Shown: positions 37,292 to 50,724 of the stretch, piece by piece
Position numbering within the stretch: the first letter of the stretch is position 1
Layout: every line of letters starts with the position of its first letter
Source of the DNA: Phaeosaccion multiseriatum
Taxonomy: Eukaryota; Protista; Ochrophyta, other classes
Direction: 5' to 3'
DNA length: 64,000 nt
Assembly (NCBI GenBank): GCA_965112735.1
Contig: OZ218954.1
Span: 2,356,001 to 2,420,000, forward strand
The notes under the pieces: model-generated
Told to the model about the DNA's origin: nothing
Seen by the model: only the letters and a program-made list of their open reading frames with translations
Databases searched by the model: none
Translations under genes and position numbers: made by a program

Positions 37292-39155
37292 AGGCGCCGA
37301 GGAGAGAGGCCTCACAATCGAGTCCGTCCCAATGAGGGGACGCGGAGCGAGCTCACCAACGAGTGGCGAAAGGAAAGAAGGGCGGGGGTGGGGCCGAGGG
37401 GGGGGAGAGAGAGAGTTTGGTTGGGCCTCGGTGGACCTCGACGGATCCCAACCTCTGGCATTGGCATTGCGACGTGGGAGGGCGTAGCAGGCTGGACTAT
37501 TGCCTGGAGAGCTGCGCTATGTGGAGAGAGAGAGGGAGAGACAGAGCCTTGGAGCTATCGCGGGCCTCACTTATGTCTCTCACGACTGCTTCTGCTCCCA
37601 GTGAGTGCCTCGTGGCGTGCGCAAGGAAGGCTTTCCACTTGCTACGGCTTCTTCCCTTCGGAGGACGTCCACGCTGCATCTGGGGAAGTCCCTGGCGCGG
37701 CGCCGCATGTGGCAGCAGTGCTGGGATATCAGTGGGGAGAACATCCTCGGCATCGGCAGAGGAAGAGTCTTGGCCGCTTCTGGGCCCCGCACTGACGGAA
37801 GGCGCTTGGCGTATCATCGCCGGACAGCGTCCTGCGAAGAGACAGACAAAACCGTGGCTTTGTCTGAACCCCCCTGCCCCCTCCCCCCCTCTCCCCCCCC
37901 CCCTCTCTCCCCCCCACGTTCCCTCTACACCCCCCACCCCACCCCACCGTCAAAGTCGGGTACCCCCCGTGGCGTTCACCCCCCCCCCCCCCCTGAGTGG
38001 GCGAAGGCACCCTGCCGGCCCCCAGCCTGCCGGCCCCCTGCCGTGTCCCTCCTATCTCTAGTGCGCTTTCCCAAAGAGCACTTTTGCTGGCGTCTACTCT
38101 TCCCTTCCCCTCTTCCTCCCCCCCCCCCTTCCCCCCCCCCCTCTACCCCCCTCCCTTTCTCCCTCCGCCCCCCCATACTCTTTTGTTTGAGGAGGTCACG
38201 GCAGCGGAGCAGTGAGGAAGGCAAAGAGAAGAGAAGAGTACACCTCTATCTCTGTGTGGGCTGCTTGCTGCTTGCTGACGAGAGGCTCCCGAGCCGCACA
38301 GGATGATGACATCTGTGGGTCGGGTCTCAGTAAGTCTATAAATACACACCTCGCTCACCCCTCCACCTTGACCTCAAAACCCCACGAGGACCCCTCGGGG
38401 CGTTTCCTCGACTCGACTCCTTCCCTCCCTCCTTTGGGACGGTCAAAGCTCTCCCTGCCCCCCAACACGCCCCGTGGTGCAACGCGGGAAGGCAGCAGAT
38501 GTACTTACGAGAAGTTTCCCACGGTCTCTCTGCAGGCGCGCTGGTCGCCAGCCTGTGATTGTGGCGCGCGGCGCACTGATCCGAAGTCCAGCGTCGGCGG
38601 TGGTGGAAGGGAATGACCTACCTGCTGGCCTACCTGCTGGCCTACCTGCTGGCCTACCTGCTGGCGGACGAAGTTGTTATCTCGCCCCCCGTTCTTCTTC
38701 TGCTTCGTTTCCTACACGAAGCTTCGAAGCTTTTGTGTTTTTTTCTGAGGCTCCTGCCGTGCTACAGACCTTCAGTAGCATGCTACGGTAACGGGTCGGC
38801 AGGCCGGCTGATGCCGGCAGTGGCAGGTGGCAGGAAGGACAAGTGGGATAGGGTCGAGTTGGTGATACGCAGCCCGAAAACACCTGCGCTCCCTACCCTC
38901 CGCCTCCAGTACTTCGTGTTTACCCGACTATTTGTGTTTACCCGACCACCTCACCAGCCATAGCCAGAGCTCTACGCTCCATTTATACCTCAGTTTACTA
39001 ATTGCCTCTCCCTCCTGCTTCTCCAGCCCAAACGTCTCCCGAAAGTGTCCACCCGAAACCGCAACCGATACCCGAAACTCCTCCTCACCACTTGTTCGTC
39101 CTCCCTTCCCTTCGCGCTCCCACATCTCGCTGCCGTGTCTTCGTATTGGAGAAAT

Positions 39156-40647
39156 ATGGCACTTTCAATGATGAGGGGTGCTGCGCACAGGGCTGGGAGG
39201 AACGCACTACAGTGTAGTGCTTCTGGGCAGGCGCAACTAGGTAGTCGGGCGGCGATGTCGGCCTCGGCCAAGGTGTGGATCAATCAGGATACCAAGGTCA
39301 TCGTGCAGGGCTTCACCGGAAAGCAGGGAACCTTTCACTCCGAGCAGGCACTCGAATATGGCACAAAGGTGAGGCAAGAGCGAGCCAGAACGAAAGAAGG
39401 GTGATGCGGCACCTGTGTCCAGAAAGCAGAGAACGACAAAAATGGAGAATGAGGAAAGGGGGGAGGGAGGGGGGGAAGAGGAAGGGGAAAAAGGAAGGAC
39501 AACCGAGGGCTGGAAGAAGAGGGGCATGAGCGGGAGAGGGGTGGATTAAGGGCGCAGAGAAGGGAGTTTGCGTGGCTGGCTTCACCAACGAAAGGAAGAG
39601 TGTGTAATTTTACGAAACGTGGAGTGCAACTCTGTGAGAAGGCTTGCACAGAGGGGGAGGGGCAGGTATGAAGTGAAGAGGCCGCTTTCCTGTCTTGCTG
39701 CGCTCTGCTATCCACGTTGTTGGGTCAATCGGCTTGGCTTTCCGAGACCCTGTCATTCGCTCTCTGACTCGCTGCTGGCTCCTGCCCTTTCTGTCCTGCT
39801 GTTGCTGTGGGTTGCTCCATTCTTTCTCCTACTCTGTGCATCCTTCGCTGCTGCTGTAGCTTGTCGGAGGAGTGACGCCAAAGAAGGGGGGCCAAACACA
39901 CTTGGGTCTACCCGTGTTTGATACTGTGCAATCAGCGGTGGCTGGTGTGAATCCCGATGCCAGTGTCATCTATGTGCCCCCTCCCTTCGCTGCTCAAGCC
40001 GTCATCGACGCGATCGAGGCCGAAATCCCGCTGGTAGTGTGCATCACAGAGGGCATTCCGCAACTGGATATGGTCAAGGTGAAGCAAGTCCTCAAGACGC
40101 AGAGCAAGACGAGACTCATCGGACCGAACTGCCCCGGCATCATCAAGCCAGGGGAGTGCAAGATTGGAATCATGCCCGGCCACATTCACCAGAAGGGCAA
40201 GATTGGGGTGGTGAGCAGGAGCGGTACACTGACCTACGAGGCTGTGTACCAAACCACTGTAACTGGACTTGGGCAGAGCACGTGCGTGGGAATCGGAGGT
40301 AAGGGAGCAGCCAGGGGGGGCGGACGACAAGTATTTGTCACTCGCTAACCATGCCGCCATTCTTTTCTGCTCAGGCGACCCCTTCAATGGAACCGACTTC
40401 ATCGACTGCCTGGAGCGCTTTACCAATGACCCCGAGACGGAGGGCATCATAATGATTGGAGAAATCGGGGGTCAAGCAGAAGAAGATGCCTGCGACTGGC
40501 TCAAGGCCAACGGGGATCCCAACAAACCCGTGGTGGGCTTCATCGCGGGCAGTACGGCACCCCCAGGCAGGCGAATGGGGCACGCAGGGGCCATCGTGTC
40601 GGGCGGGAAAGGGACGGCGGCTGCCAAGGTAAGGGACGGGTACTCGT

Positions 40648-40678
<31 letters not shown>

Positions 40679-40885
40679 TCACTGATGGAGACAGAGTCGC
40701 GGGCCGTCTCTAATTTGCTATCGCTCCTTCGCTTTGTCTGTTTCTGTTCCTCTGCTTCGTTATCCCTCCCTCGGCAGTTCTCCGCGCTGGAGGACGCGGG
40801 TGTGTACATTTCTCGATCTCCCGCCCAGCTGGGGGCAACCATGCTTACCGCGTTTAAGGAGAGAGGGATGGACGTTGGGGCGTGA
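39156..40885 (+). CDS. SUCLG1: succinyl-CoA synthetase alpha subunit, mitochondrial
   Basis: Arg/Ala-rich presequence; [51 protein letters not shown]|[19 protein letters not shown] (phospho-His). Confidence 0.97.
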
Positions 40886-41609
40886 GGAAGAGGCAGCAAG
40901 GGAACGACTCCCTGGTGAGGACGGGGGGGGGGCCTGCGTTGTTTTTGAAGCTACTTCTTGATTCAAAAGAGTGGGCTAACAAGACGTTACAGTCAGTCCT
41001 TCCACACCTTCCAGGAGGGAAAGTTGGGGAGGAGAGGGTGGTGTTGAGAGGGAACGTTCATTCCTGTGGAGAGAGTAACGATCTCCAGGTGTGGAAGCGA
41101 AGCCGCGATGTGCCTCTCCTCGTGGTCAGCTCAGTCGGACGCCTTGCGGAAGCGTTGAAGCGTCCAGCGCAATTTTGAAGGACGTTGGGACGAGTTTAGA
41201 GACGGAGAGGACTGTGACCTGACCCGATGGCATGGCAGGAGCTTGCGTATAGACAGGGGCGTGTGATATCAGTCCGACGGCAGGAGCTTGCGCTAAGTCC
41301 ATCCCGGCTTAGGAGCCCAGTCAGACTTCCGAAACGCCAACGAGTGCTTGTGTAGTGCGACGTGTTTCTGAAGCCAGGAGGAGGGGCGCAGGCATCAATC
41401 ACGTGACTAAGTGAAGTATTTAGTCGGGCCGGGCCCAAACGATAGCCCCTTGTGCGCACCCCCGCCCGCTATAGTAATGTTTTGGAGCGTCAGTCAAAGG
41501 TTATCATGTTATCATCATTATGTTATTTATCATGTGGAGATGTACCGACAGTGAGGGAGCATGGTGAGGAGCAGGTGTATATAGGAATGGTCCTGAGTCT
41601 CACCTCCGC

Positions 41610-44600
41610 CTACCAGCAATAGCGCGGATAGCCACCCCCCGCTGCGGTGGACCTGCTGCCGCCGCCACCACTTGCTTCCCGCCACTGCCGCCGCTGCTGT
41701 GGCTGTGGGGCAGTGTTCTGCGCGTAGAGGTTGGACAGTCCTCCACCTCTGCAACTTGTCAGGGTGCGGTCGTATTGGCCTTTCTTACCCGGGGAGGAGA
41801 GCACGCAATAGGCCGCATTGACCTTTTTGAAGTACTCCTCCGCCTCCTTTGCCTTGTTTCGGTCAGGATGGTACTTCAGTGCAAGCTTGCGATACGCTTT
41901 CTTAATGGCCGGCAATGTCGCGCTTGAATCAAGTCCGAGCACGTCATAGTGGCCTGAGTACTCCGCTGTGAGCGGCACTCGCGAGGGCGAAGCCGTCTTT
42001 CCTCCTGGGGCGGTGCATGCCTCCTTCTCCTTGGCTTTGGCTTTCCTGCTCACTGGACTCCTTTTCTTGCTTTCCTGCCGACTATTGTTCTCCTTCTGCT
42101 CGTGTTGCGCCCCAGTTGTCGCCCCCGCTCCCACCTTGTGACCTTTGCCCAGCCCAGAGACTCTTCCGGGTCGACCTTTTGCAGTCGCTCCTCCTGCCGC
42201 GGCTGATGCTGCTGCTGCTGCTGTTGCTGCTACTGCTGCTGCTGCTGCTGACGTCCTACTCCTGCTGCTGCGTCCAGGCTTCTCCGCTGCGCCTCTTCTT
42301 TTGGAGGAGATTTGCTCGAGCTCCTGACGCATCCTCGCCACCCCGTCCCGCTCTGCTGCGACGCCTTTGTCCTGCGGGTGCGCATTTACGTACTCCTCAA
42401 AGTCCGCCAGAGCCTCTGCCCATCTGGCCAGTCTCACGTTGGCTCGAGCACGAAGAAGATGAGCATTTTCGCCCCCATTAGTGCCCGTGGCCTTCGACGC
42501 TGCGGTTGCCATGCCCCTGCCCTCCTGGTCCAGCAGCAAGATGAGCTGAATTGCCTCCGTGCAGTCCCGAACGACGTCACGGAAGCGCAGAAGGGCCGAC
42601 AAAGCACTGGCCCTCTGCATGAGCACGTCAGCGCGGAACCGCTCTGCTCCTGCTTCTCCTGCATTTCCACAACAAACATTAAACGTTGACGATTTCGAGA
42701 GGGTTCAGTGGCTCGTCTCAGCTGAGGCCTGGACCCCCCCCCAATACACTAGCCTCACCTGGATCAAGAGCGAGGAGATCCCCCAAGGTGAGTACAGCCG
42801 CGTCGAGGTCTCCAGCCGCCCGTTGCGTCTCCGACAGCTCGCTGAGCGCATCTGCCTGCCTCATCCTCGCCAAGTCGTCCTGACACCACGTTGCGGCCGG
42901 AGTCCTGTGCAGCACCGCCTGCAGCACAGATCGGGCCTCGACCCTGCGCCCACACCCCCTCAGCCCAGTGCAATAGAGGGCCACGACCGGCGCTGCCATG
43001 GAGAGTCCTGCCTCCACAGCGGACACCCTCGCCGGGGGCCAGGGCCGCACAATCTCGGGATCTGCCGGAGCGTGCATACAGCACTGCTCGCAGAAGCGCA
43101 CCACGTCGTGCCAGCGTCTGGCCTCCGCGAGACATGCCGCCTTGGTCTCCAACGCAGCGTCGCAGAAGGGCGCCACGCCGAGCACTTGTTCCGCCGCTTG
43201 TGCCGCCCTGTCCACGTCCCCGTGCTGCAGCGTCTGCACAGCTGTGAGTGCAGAGGAGCGAGCTGTGTACGCCGCTTGAATACCGCGCTCGGCGGTCAGC
43301 TTGACTTGACCCTCCACCACTCCCATCACACCTCGGGTAAAGATGTTGTGGATGGCCTGGGCAAACACCGCCTCCGCCTGAGGTTTTTGGTGGTCGGAAG
43401 AGGAAAGAGAGAATGAGAAAACGTGCCGATACTCGCGGATAAAGAAGGCTTCAAAGAAACTTGCAATGAGTCTTTGCCTCCTCCCCCCCCTCCCCTTCTC
43501 CCTCACCTCGTCGAAGCTGCCCAGCGTCAGGAGCGCCTGGCCCAGCACAGCCCCAAGCTCGACCAGGGTACCATCCCTCTTGAGACCTTGGCGGCAGTCC
43601 ACAGCAGCTGCCATGTACCTGCCTTGCCCGAGGAGGCACTTCCCTCTGGCCCCGTACAGGCTTGCTTTGTGCTCCCACGAGTCCGGAGCGACGCTGAGGC
43701 CCCTCTGCAGCGCCTCCTGCGCCTCGAGCAGCCGCCCCTCCGCGTGCAGCGAGTCTGCCAGTCGCGCAAACTCCAGCGCCTTGGCCACGAGAAAGCTGTT
43801 CTGCATGGGGGCCGCTGGAGCAAGCGAGGGTGCCGCTGGTACTACAGTGGGTGCTGCCTTCCCGAAAAGGAAGTCTATGCTTTGCGTCTTCTCTCTCTGT
43901 ACTTCCTCTTCCCCCCCAGCTGCTGGATGTGGCGGCTGCACTGCCGTACTACTTTTCCCCTCAGTCCCTTGTGCTTGATGTTGGTGCCGCCTCCTGCGTT
44001 CCTTCGGCGTCCCTCGCAGCCCCATGCTGAACTTGGATGAAAGCGACGGCGCCCCCGTGGCTACGGCAGGCATGGATGGAGCAGGAGCACGTGTCAACCC
44101 CTCACTTTGGATGCGAGCAGGGTCTCGGAATGGCACGTGCTTGTCTTCCGGCGTGCTCCCTGCCCTCGAATTGAGATTACGCTCCCGCTGCCTCGGGCGA
44201 GCCTGGCGTTTGCCAAACGCCACCGCTTGAGGGGAGGGCACTTTGCGAAGGGGTGATCCTGCGGCGGCTGCTGTCGCTGCCACAGGAAGTTTCTCCTCCT
44301 TCAAAGTGTCAGCTCGGGCACTGAGAGGTGTTGTCTTCGAAGGAGTTTTGAAGTGAAATAACGCACCAGGAGATTCCGACAATCCCTCAACGCTCTCTCT
44401 GTTTGTCCCCGGCGACTTGGTCAGGAGCTTACGCGCCCCCGATGCATCTTCGCTGCTGTTTTCCTTTCCCCGCCCCCCACCCCGTCTTACACCCGGCGTC
44501 GCCCCCACAGACCAGGGCATCCTCCCAGCACCCATCTCAGGGGTCATTGACATTGGTACCCTTCCGAGCGGACTAGAGCGGGAGACCCTTCCCTTGGCAG

Positions 44601-44934
44601 GTGTTGCAAACGGCGCGGAAGAAGCAGAGGTGCTTGCATTTTCTGCAGCACCAGCACCACCAGGGGGAGACACGCCCGGAGCCTTGGCTGACATCTTCCT
44701 ACTGCTCTTCACTTTCTCAGCGCTGGAAGCTGGTGCTTCTCGTGCTGCTGGTTCTTCTTCTTGCGCCGCCGCTGCTGCTGTAGTGACTTGGCTATTGGTA
44801 AGGTCCATCAAAAAGTCTCTCGCCTTCACCTCAAAGTGAGTGCCCTGCAAAAGGTCCTGGATCTCAGACATCATTTTCGCAGCCGCTGCAACATCTCTCC
44901 TGGCAGCGGCAGCCGTAACCTCTGCGGCCGTCAT
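41610..44934 (-). CDS. TPR-repeat + C-terminal J-domain co-chaperone (DNAJC7-like) with long disordered N-terminus
   Basis: J domain HYDVLGL...IKKAYRKLALKYHPDRNK...FKKVNAAYCVLS...YD; multiple TPR-like helices; start uncertain (possible upstream exon near 45177). Confidence 0.85.
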
Positions 44935-45192
44935 CAGCTCCAACTCTTATTCCTTCGCTTAACTTATAAAACCAAACCGCCACTCAGATCCGACGGCCGC
45001 CGCCGGATCAGAGTTACAGAAAAGACAAAAAGGAGGGATATTTTCTAAGGGATAGAAGAGGGAGAGGGAAGCACCAGCTATGCGGATTGTCAAGGTGAGT
45101 GGTACCAACACGAGCGGACTCTCCAGGAGCTTAGTTAAACTGTGCTCCGTGCGCTGTGTGCTTCTTTCTGCCTGCATTATCTCTGCTAAAAA

Positions 45193-48100
45193 TGCACCAG
45201 TGGCAGGACTCCAGACCGGGGCGCCGGAAAACCCTCTTTGGAACCTTGCTGGCGACTGAAGAAGTGCAAGGAGACCGGCATTCCTGTGTAAAGAGACACC
45301 GCCATCGCCACTGGGCTTCATCTACGCGTGTGGAGGCGCAGACGTGGGTAGACAGAGAGGCGGCGGGCACTGCTGATCATGGTGGGGAGGACGATGATGA
45401 GGGCAGCGAGGACGAGGTCCGAATGGCGCGGTCTTGGACTGATCTGGAATGTACGAATTACGAAGACGAAGATGATCTTGTGTTTCAGCGGCATGCTGTT
45501 CTTGAGGTGCGCGCCATGGGCACCACCGCTGAGAAGTCAACAACAGAATTAGCGGCCCTAGAAGAGGAAGAGGGAGACGTCGCGATTGCCTCGAACCGCC
45601 TCGAGGAGCGTGATTTCGGACAGCCAGTCCTCTTTGGAGCTGAGGGAACCGACGCGGGTGTTGATGACGAAGACGACGAACGCGAGTGTAGCCGAGAACG
45701 GGCACTGACAGATAGCTTTGTGGGCAGGCATCGATCGACCAAGCGCAACAGGGGGGGCTTCACCACAGGGGGCTCTCCCTCTGGCGCCGGCCGAAACCTG
45801 CGCGCTCTCAGTTCCGAGTCCTCAGTGGGCCAGCGCGGGAAAATGGGCCGTAGGGGGGACAGTCGGCGACGCTCGTCTGCAAAGGTGATCCTCGGGGGCT
45901 TGACTCGAAAACGTCGCCTCTCCACCAATCACTATGCTTCGGGTTCTGCTCGGCGAAGTGTTCGGTGCAAACGGAGTAGCAGGAAAAGGCGAAGCGTACT
46001 TTCGAAAGCGGATCTGGATATGGTGAAACGTGCAGTTCGTCGTTCGCCTCACACAGACTTGACACCCGAGGACAGAGCCTTTCTCGCCATGTGCGGCAAG
46101 GGATGCTGCGCACACGGCCGCTCGTCGACAGTGGAGCATCACGATCCGCGCAAAGCCACGCCCACCATATCGCCAAACGGCAGCAACTTCAAGGCATTTC
46201 TGCGGCACCGCTACGACCCCCACGGAAGCGCCCCTCCCAATCATCCGCTGTACACTTTCAAGTGCCTTCTTCGCCGAGAGAGCCTCTACTTTCACCCGGA
46301 GATTCAGAGTGTCTTGAATGTCATCATGCACCTCGCAGACGATGACGGAGACTTTTGCATTCAGCTCGGAGAGTACGAGATCATGCACCGAAAAATGTGT
46401 CTTGCCGTCCATGGGCCGTCCTTTCGGAAGCACTCCGTGGAGAAGGTCAAAGCGCTGCTCCTCGAAGACTGGCTACTCGACGCCGATGGAGAGGAGAAAT
46501 TGCACTACAGCTCTTTCTCCTTCTCTTGGTTCATGCTGGCAGATCGCTACACAGACGACATCGAGTTGGAGGCGTATAGAAACTTTCTGTGGACCCTTGT
46601 TCATCGGATGGCAAAGAAAGATGACCATGGCTTGTTTCGGTGGAGGAGCGACACCGACATTGCGCAGAATGAAGCCAAGAAGGAGATGGAGCGGCTCAAA
46701 CTTTCATCTTCACATGGGCAGGACTTGCAAGCGCGGCCAAGTACAGACAATTCCGATGCGGAGAGGAAGATCGGCGCCAATGATGGCAAGGACGGCGACG
46801 TGCTCCTGCCCGCAGCGATGCGCGGAGGGGTACCGCGGCAACGGATCAAGGGCGGCGACGAGAGCTCCGAGAATGGGGGAACCTCCGAACAAGGCGACCA
46901 AGATCTTCCACAGCAGCTTCCATGCAAGGAGGGCAGTGAGGTCGGGCTTGAAGCATCGGGGAGGGGAGAAGAAGGGGGGCACGAAAATAGCACAGTGGGG
47001 GCAGGGAAGGAGGATAAAGGCCAAGGCGCCAATGGGCCAGCAACCGCTGCATTGCCTGAGAACTATAATGTAGGGGAGATGGAGCAGCGTCAGGAGCAGG
47101 GCGAGGGCGATTATCTCGCCCGTTTGCGGCTTGCGGTCTTACAGAGACTCGGAAACAAGTACGCAGGAGAGGATGGCAAGGGGGAGGAGCATGAGCGCAG
47201 AGTCCAAGCTCTCCTTGACCTCCGGCGCGAAAGCAAGCAGCAGCGCTCACACGCTTCACTCGAACCATTCACCGCCGCGAGGGCAGGGCGCGACTTTTCC
47301 CAGACGAAATCGGAATCGGTAAACCGCACAGCAGGCCGACTTGGAGGGCCCGGCGACCAACACGAAGCGCAACTGGTGGGACGCACCTCTTCATGTAGCG
47401 TATCAGCTTCTGCCTATGGGCCACGCGCCCCTAGCTCAATACTTCTTGAAAATCTGGAAGCATTTCTCGGTGACAACGGTGAGATGGGCTCGGCCTCGGC
47501 GAGGGTTCTGGCCTCCTTTTGGACGTCCAGCGAGTCTGTGCGGATCCTGGACACGTGGAGCGCAGCAACAGCTCAGGAGGGCGGGGAGCGAAAGGCATTG
47601 CGTCTGGCTGGACCAGTAGGAGTCAACGAGGACGGCAGACCCACTGGCACCTCACCTCGACGTGCTGAGACACGGTCCTCAAGGCAGGCCTCAAGTCTGC
47701 TGCGACGACACCATCCTGCTGGCCGTGCCCCGAGATCAAAAATGGGTGGAGTGGACGATGACGATGTTCTGTCAAGTCGCGGGCGGACAGTTTGCTCACG
47801 ATGGAAAGGCCAGGCGCCGGCTCGGACGAGGCTCCTCAAGACCAGAACAATGGACTGGACGAATCAGTTCGGTGAGGAGGGTGTGCTTCGAACGAAATCA
47901 ACGAGCGGCGCCGTGGAGCCCCACCCTCTTCCCCTTCTCTTGTGGAGAAGGAGTGGATCGAATGCTCGCCCGCATACCTCTGACGCCGCTGAGCAGGCCG
48001 GGGCCAGAGACACCCAGAAGCACACCTGCAGCAGGACTGGCTACTCCATACGTACTAATCCGCCCATCGCGGGCAACCAAGGAGGCCTACAGGATCTGGC

Positions 48101-48491
48101 CTTGTCATCATCGCTAGCAACGGAATCGTTCAGAGCTGAGCCTCGGGCCTGTTCTGCAGGCCGTCTCAGCCACACCACCTCGGCGGCCTGCCAGCCATTC
48201 CCTCGAACGGCATGCACTCGAAAGGCACTTCAGGGCTTCGACTACCGCAGCTGCATGAGCCTTGGAAACGGAGTCCGCCACGGCAAAAGCACTGCAACAG
48301 GACGGGAGGGAGGGGGGGGGCTCTTCCAGTCATGGACAGAGACCACTCTGCCTCCCACCATCAGCCTCCTCGTTACGAGCAGAGATTGGAGTGCGAAGGT
48401 CCCCAAGACGGCCATGGGGTTAGCCGGTGGCATTGTTTTGCGGGGACGGCCCCGACTCGAGGAGAAGAGAGGCAGAAACAGGGTCGTCTGA
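45193..48491 (+). CDS. hypothetical protein of about 1100 aa, mostly disordered, with a central EF-hand-like pair
   Basis: Uninterrupted 1111-codon ORF; DDDGDFCIQLGEY and DADGEEKLHYSSF loops in a helical island. Confidence 0.7.
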
Positions 48492-49161
48492 CAGGGTATT
48501 GTATTGAAACTTGCCCGAGTTCTACCACCAGATCCACAGCCCCAGTTTGGGGTGGGGGGATCTGCAACATACAAACTCTCACCCCCCTTTTCCCTTAATA
48601 CTCATTCCGCGGTGTACATTCCTCTTCAGCTCGCTCGCACCCGACCCAAGCTGCCACCTTTGGCAGGGTGTGGGATCATTGCGCCGCTGTCACCTGTCCA
48701 CAATGGGGAAAACGCCATACCATACACCCCTGACCGACAGTCGCGAGGTCATCCTTTCCTCTGACAAGAGCAGCGGTGGCCTTGTCTATTTACGCCCGTT
48801 CCTCCTCCATGACAGGATAGCTCCATTCAGGGCACTTTGAGTGACACAGCCCGGCCTGCAAACAGAAGCACCGAGGCCGCTTCTCCTTGGTACTGAGCAT
48901 TCTATCCTCTACCAATCAATTCGAGACACCCCTTGAACGATGGCACCAGGAAAAGTCAGTCCGCAGCCACCCAGGTAGCCGAATCACGCGTCCCATGTAG
49001 GGGCCGACACCGGGGAAGGGACATACCCGCACTCGCAGCAAGGGCAAGGGCAGAGCGCAACGGACCTTCACCCCATTCGAACGGTTACTTCGTTGCGCCG
49101 TCCCCTACAAGGCTGCTGCCGTGAGCCGTGCGTTGGCCGGTCCTGCCTAGGGAAGGACTCG

Positions 49162-50340
49162 TCACCCCAGTACAGCCACCAACAGGCAGGCAACAGAAAT
49201 GGTCGAGACCACAGTCACGACAGCATAGCGGTAGCTCTTCATCACCCCACCGGTCTTGAGCTTTCGCAGCCCCACGACTTCCCCCGTAAAGGTGGACATG
49301 GTTGTGAGCGATGACAGCACACCGGTGGAGAACGAGACCAGCAGAGTACGCCGCCAGCCCCTGTGTGCGTCATACCAGTCCTTCGAGTATCCGTACATGG
49401 CCAGAGCCAGCGCGACACAACCCAGCAAGTTCGCCGCATACGTCCCCAGCGGAAAACCTGCTCCCCACCTGTTGCGCCCCTCCCCGTTAAAGCGCTTTGC
49501 CAGCGTGTAGCGAAGAAGGGCGCCCACGGGCGCCAGCAGAGCGGAAAGGCACCACTGAGCCTCTCGCCTATGGTTTTTCCAACTCAAACCCAGGCCCAGG
49601 AATAGTAGCGCCATCAAAGTGGGGAGAAGACAGAGCACCGAGTGGGCATTCCGACGATGACGTCTTCGCACGCCGCTCCCGCAGCCTCTGCCCCCACTGT
49701 CGGGTTGGCCAATACGGCTGCCATGGGGCCCAGTCTCTGGAGCCCTGTCTAGCAGCTCTCGCGGCCGCTCCAATTTCCTGCCGATATCACTCCCGACAAG
49801 AAAGCTTGCGATGAAGAATGCCAAGAGCGCCAGCGAGACAGTAAAAGCTGCCACCTGTTGCTGCCCCCCCCACTCTTCATCTTCCACAAAGACTTGAGCC
49901 AGACCGAGGGCCCACGTCGAAAAGGTGGTCAGAGACCCACAAAAGCCAGTACTTATGCCCACGTACAGGTACGGCCACAATTCCGGGGTGGCAGCGCGCC
50001 ACGCCGTCAGCACACCAAGCAGGAGGCACCCGAGGGTGTTCGCATACACACTTCCAGTCAAACCCCCTGAAGTTTGAGGAAAGACGTCGACACCCTCGCT
50101 GGTAAAGAGTTCTTGAATAAAGACGCGGGTTAGGCAGCCGAGCATAGAGCAAGCTGCAATGCTAACACACACGACGTGTGCAGCTTCTACGGTGGGGGCC
50201 GGGCCTTTACCCTCCAGCTTCTCTTCAGACTCCAGTTCCTGCTGCTTCTGCTGCTTCTGATGCTGCTCCTTCTGTGCGAGCTCCGCATTTCGAAGGTGCT
50301 CCACCCCCACATACTGCTGCTGCTGCAGCTGCTGCTGCAT
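49162..50340 (-). CDS. FEX-type fluoride exporter (two fused Fluc/CrcB domains)
   Basis: ANTLGCLLLG...GISTGFCGSLTTFSTW and PVGALLRY...FPLGTYAANLLGC...STGVLSSLTTMSTF; polyQ N-terminus; possible upstream exons. Confidence 0.88.
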   Translation of the reverse strand: MQQQLQQQQYVGVEHLRNAELAQKEQHQKQQKQQELESEEKLEGKGPAPTVEAAHVVCVSIAACSMLGCLTRVFIQELFTSEGVDVFPQTSGGLTGSVYANTLGCLLLGVLTAWRAATPELWPYLYVGISTGFCGSLTTFSTWALGLAQVFVEDEEWGGQQQVAAFTVSLALLAFFIASFLVGSDIGRKLERPRELLDRAPETGPHGSRIGQPDSGGRGCGSGVRRRHRRNAHSVLCLLPTLMALLFLGLGLSWKNHRREAQWCLSALLAPVGALLRYTLAKRFNGEGRNRWGAGFPLGTYAANLLGCVALALAMYGYSKDWYDAHRGWRRTLLVSFSTGVLSSLTTMSTFTGEVVGLRKLKTGGVMKSYRYAVVTVVSTISVACLLVAVLG

Positions 50341-50724
50341 AAGCAGCAGCTCAATTGGGGGGGGTGGGGGGGGGGGGGAGGGCTGCAGTTTCAGTTTGTT
50401 TGCTCATTGACTTATATTCATATCGATATCGATATCGTATTCTTGTTCCCCCTCCCCCCCTCCCGTCCTCCTCCTCTCACGCGGCGGACGACGAATGAAC
50501 AGTCGCTGGGGCTGACCAGGCCGGGGAAGCGCAGTCAGCGTAGGACTGTGAGAGAGTGAACAGACAAAAAAGTATATATACACAAGCTGTGAAAGTATCT
50601 TTCACCGTCGTCGAGCCCACGGGTGGCACCTCCGAGCGTCCAGCGCAGAAAAACTGTACCAAGACATTAAGATACCGAGAAAGGGGGGTTTACTGCACAA
50701 AAAGTGTGCGTATTCTGGGGTCTC

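Noticed and set aside
41115-41200. tRNA or snRNA (agctcagtcgg D-arm-like stretch; aattttg Sm-like site)
   Set aside because: No T-loop GTTCRA, no cloverleaf, and no recognisable snRNA sequence
48600-49150. Additional minus-strand exons downstream of FEX
   Set aside because: Splice-like signals exist but no coherent frame or recognisable peptide; FEX already has a stop at 49162
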